Assembly: GCA_963755635.1 (NCBI GenBank)
Contig: CAVWKS010000026.1
Coordinates: forward strand, 46,786 to 110,785
Direction: 5' to 3'
DNA from: an uncultured Actinomycetes bacterium
Lineage (GTDB): Bacteria > Actinomycetota > Thermoleophilia > Gaiellales > Gaiellaceae
DNA length: 64,000 nt
Below, piece by piece: positions 61,654 through 64,000 of the stretch. The notes beneath the pieces are model-generated. The model searched no databases. It worked only from the letters and a program-made list of their open reading frames with translations, and was not told the DNA's origin. The stretch's first letter is position 1. Every line of letters begins with the position of its first letter. The position numbers were made by a program, and so were the translations under genes.

Positions 61654-61969
61654 TTCGGCGGCCACCTCAACTAGCGCCAAAGGCCGAAGAACACGATGAT
61701 TTGCTCGGTTTTCTTGAGATCACCCGGGAGCAGCACCGCATGGTAGAGCCACGCGTCCCGCCGACGTTTGGGCCACGACTGGGCCACGGAATGATGGCTG
61801 AGTCTCCCGGAATGAGAGGTCGAGTCAGAGCACGCTCGCCCAGCCCACCGTCTGAAACGCGCTCATCGAAGAGGATTCAGCACACATGGCGTCCGAGTCG
61901 CAGACCCGTGCCTCTCGCGGCCCAGCAACTCCGCTTGCGACGAGGTCCGTCGACCTACACTGAGGCCAG

Positions 61970-62935
61970 GTGAGACCGTCGCTCGGATCCGACGCAGAGA
62001 CGGCCGGCCCGCCACCTTTCGAGAACATGCGCTGGATTCCCGCGGGCGAGTTCCGGATGGGCTCGGAGGACTTCTATCCGGAAGAGCGGCCCGTACATCG
62101 CGTCGCTGTGGACGGCTTCTGGATAGACGAGCGACCGGTGACCGCCGCCGAGTTCCGCCGCTTCGTGCGGGAGACCGGCTACGTGACCTTCTGCGAGCGG
62201 CCGCTCGACCCGGCGCTCTACCCGGACGCCGACCCCGACCTGCTCGTCCCCGGCTCGCTCGTCTTTCGCAAGACGTCAGGGCCGGTCGACGTGCGCGACT
62301 TCCGCAATTGGTGGGAGTACGTCCCCGGCGCCTACTGGAAGCGGCCCGAGGGGCCGGGCTCGACGATCAACGGTCGCGACCGTCACCCGGTCGTGCAGGT
62401 CGCCTATGAGGACGCCGAGGCCTACGCGAGGTGGGCGGGAAGGGAGTTGCCGACCGAGGCCGAGTGGGAGTACGCCGCCCGCGGTGGGCTGGAGGGCGCT
62501 GTCTTCGCCTGGGGTGACGAGCACTTCCCCGACGGGAAGCCGATGGCGAACACATGGCAAGGCGAGTTCCCCTGGCAGAACCTGAAGCTCGACGGGTACG
62601 AAGGCACCTCTCCGGTCGGCTCGTTTCCGCCGAACGGCTACGGGCTCTACGACATGACCGGCAACGTCTGGGAGTGGACGACCGACTACTTCACGATGCG
62701 GCACCCGGGCGAGGTCGAGAGCCCCTGCTGCATCCCTCGCAACCCGAGGGTCACGAGCGACGCGGCCAGCTCTGCGCCTGGTGAGACGATCCCGCGGAGG
62801 GTGATCAAGGGCGGCTCACACCTGTGCGCGCCGAACTACTGCTTGCGTTACCGGCCGGCCGCGCGCCAAGGCGAGGCGCTCGACACGTCGACGGGCCATA
62901 TCGGCTTCCGCTGCATCGTCCGACCCAACGCATGA
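61970..62935 (+). CDS. formylglycine-generating enzyme (SUMF1/FGE-sulfatase domain) family protein
   Basis: ORF 61970..62935 (alternative ATG 62027). It has RWIPAGEFRMGS, HPVVQVAYEDAEAYARWAG, LPTEAEWEYAARGG, GNVWEWT and RVIKGGSHLC. Confidence 0.85.
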   Translation: MRPSLGSDAETAGPPPFENMRWIPAGEFRMGSEDFYPEERPVHRVAVDGFWIDERPVTAAEFRRFVRETGYVTFCERPLDPALYPDADPDLLVPGSLVFRKTSGPVDVRDFRNWWEYVPGAYWKRPEGPGSTINGRDRHPVVQVAYEDAEAYARWAGRELPTEAEWEYAARGGLEGAVFAWGDEHFPDGKPMANTWQGEFPWQNLKLDGYEGTSPVGSFPPNGYGLYDMTGNVWEWTTDYFTMRHPGEVESPCCIPRNPRVTSDAASSAPGETIPRRVIKGGSHLCAPNYCLRYRPAARQGEALDTSTGHIGFRCIVRPNA

Positions 62936-62973
62936 CGTGGAGGCAGGAACGCCTCCGTGGCGGAGTGTGAGGG

Positions 62974-64000
62974 TTGGGCGGCTCGGGTCTGGTCGCGATT
63001 GCACTCCTCGTACTCGCGTACGCGGCGGTCTCGCGACGGCTTCTGGGGTCCGTGATCACTCCGGCGATGGTGTTCGTCGCCGGCGGCATCGTCGCGAGCA
63101 CGGACGTCCTGGGTTGGCTCGACCCGACGATCCGTAGCGAATCCGTCCGCTGGGTCGCCGAGGCCACGCTGACGGTCGTGCTCTTCTCGGACGCCTCACG
63201 GATCGACCTAGCAGCGCTGCGCCGCCAGTACGTTGTGCCTCTTCGCCTGCTCGGGATCGGGCTGCCGCTAACGATCGTGGCAGGCGCTCTCGCCGGTGTC
63301 GCCGTGTTCGGGCAGCTCGCGTTCATCGAGGCCGTGCTGCTTGCGATTGTCCTCGCACCGACCGACGCTGCGCTCGGGCAGGCGGTCGTTACCGACCCCC
63401 GGATTCCGTCGCGCATCCGTCAGGGCCTGAATGTCGAGAGCGGGCTGAACGACGGCATCTGCGTCCCGCTGCTGCTGATCGCGATCGCGATTGCCGAGGC
63501 GCACGAGGGCGCGGTCGGACACGGCGCGGCGGTGCACCTTGTGCTCGAGGAGATCGGGTACGGAATCATCGGCGGCGTGCTTGCCGGGGTCGCAGCGGCG
63601 GCCGTGGTCAGGCTGGGCGTCGCGAGACGACTCGTCGATCCGATCTGGCTGCAGGTCGTTCCGGTTGCAGGCGCCGCGCTCGCGTACGGACTGGCCGTCT
63701 GGATGGGCGGCAGCGGGTTCATCGCCGCCTTCGTCGGCGGCGCCGTCTTCGGAGGTTTGCGTGGCGACGTCGGAGGCGAGGTGACGCTCTTCCTCGAGGA
63801 GACCGGCGGCTTGCTCGGTGCGGTCACGTTCGTTCTCTTCGGCGCTGTCATGCTCGTACCGGCGCTCCACGACCTCTCGGGCGCTGTCGTTCTCTACGCA
63901 CTCCTGAGCTTGACCGTCGTCAGGATGGTTCCCGTCGCCCTGGCAATGCTCGGGTCGGGCGCTAGGCCGCCGACGGTCGCCTTCCTCGGCTGGTTCGGAC
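62974..64000 (+). CDS. cation:proton antiporter (Na+/H+ exchanger, CPA1-like), 3' end outside the window
   Basis: This frame is not in the ORF track because it has no stop in the window. It is open from TTG 62974 (stop at 62968-62970) to 64000. The hydrophobic product contains LAPTDAALGQAVV and ESGLNDGICVPLLL. Confidence 0.8.
   Translation, partial: MGGSGLVAIALLVLAYAAVSRRLLGSVITPAMVFVAGGIVASTDVLGWLDPTIRSESVRWVAEATLTVVLFSDASRIDLAALRRQYVVPLRLLGIGLPLTIVAGALAGVAVFGQLAFIEAVLLAIVLAPTDAALGQAVVTDPRIPSRIRQGLNVESGLNDGICVPLLLIAIAIAEAHEGAVGHGAAVHLVLEEIGYGIIGGVLAGVAAAAVVRLGVARRLVDPIWLQVVPVAGAALAYGLAVWMGGSGFIAAFVGGAVFGGLRGDVGGEVTLFLEETGGLLGAVTFVLFGAVMLVPALHDLSGAVVLYALLSLTVVRMVPVALAMLGSGARPPTVAFLGWFG

Noticed and set aside
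61459-61680. A 73-aa minus-strand ORF (MALVEVAAEVACHAGGRGFESRRSR...).
   Set aside because: It reads straight through the tRNA T-arm (GFESR is the usual translation of GGTTCGAGTC). It is not a protein gene.
61570-61700. A complete tRNA gene at the Asp relic.
   Set aside because: I tried to fold the upstream 50 nt. There is no GGGAGCG acceptor strand and no 4-bp D-stem with a normal loop. Three nt instead of one lie between the putative D-arm and the anticodon stem, and the anticodon stem has only 3 Watson-Crick pairs plus one G-T wobble. I call it a fragment, pending a covariance-model check.
1-64000. CRISPR arrays, long tandem repeats, IS elements, integrases, prophage genes, rRNA.
   Set aside because: I looked on both strands. 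No spaced direct repeats, no transposase or recombinase motifs and no rRNA-like segments were found.

Overview
This is a very GC-rich chromosomal segment (about 70% by eye, not computed). Its gene content looks like Actinomycetota: an MMPL transporter, SARP/AfsR and LAL-type regulators, an F420-type LLM oxidoreductase, and FadE/Hsd4-like lipid genes. I can support about 60 protein-coding genes, one truncated tRNA-Asp relic, several GC-rich hairpin terminators and a few candidate operators. I saw no rRNA, CRISPR array, transposase or integrase. The left half (1-38 kb) carries transport, stress and regulatory genes. These include a P-type ATPase, a NarL-type two-component system, an ArsR/thioredoxin/methyltransferase operon, a SARP regulator followed by a coiled-coil/HdeD/YceI stress trio, a LAL regulator operon, an hsp20 plus Clp-ATPase operon, a Crp/Fnr regulator and an NhaA-DsbA fusion. 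The right half (38.3-61.4 kb) is a roughly 23-kb acyl-CoA catabolic supercluster: 4 acyl-CoA dehydrogenases, 4 SDRs, a CoA ligase, a thiolase, a MaoC hydratase and a Liv-type ABC importer. It is followed by a noncoding junction, an FGE-like gene and a cation:proton antiporter that runs off the window. The points most worth a second look are these. (1) A split kinase + small protein + phosphatase + ACAD10/11-like dehydrogenase set with an adjacent CoA ligase and SDR, resembling the Lva 4-hydroxyacyl-CoA route. (2) An hsp20 plus ClpG/ClpK-like stand-alone disaggregase candidate. (3) Two near-identical TGGCA-repeat promoter architectures just downstream of the SARP gene. (4) At least six reading-frame disruptions, all confined to 5-32 kb. 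(5) A tRNA-Asp 3' relic next to a 25-bp perfect palindrome and an ORF-poor, less GC-rich stretch. All family names come from motif recognition by eye. No database search or folding program was run.
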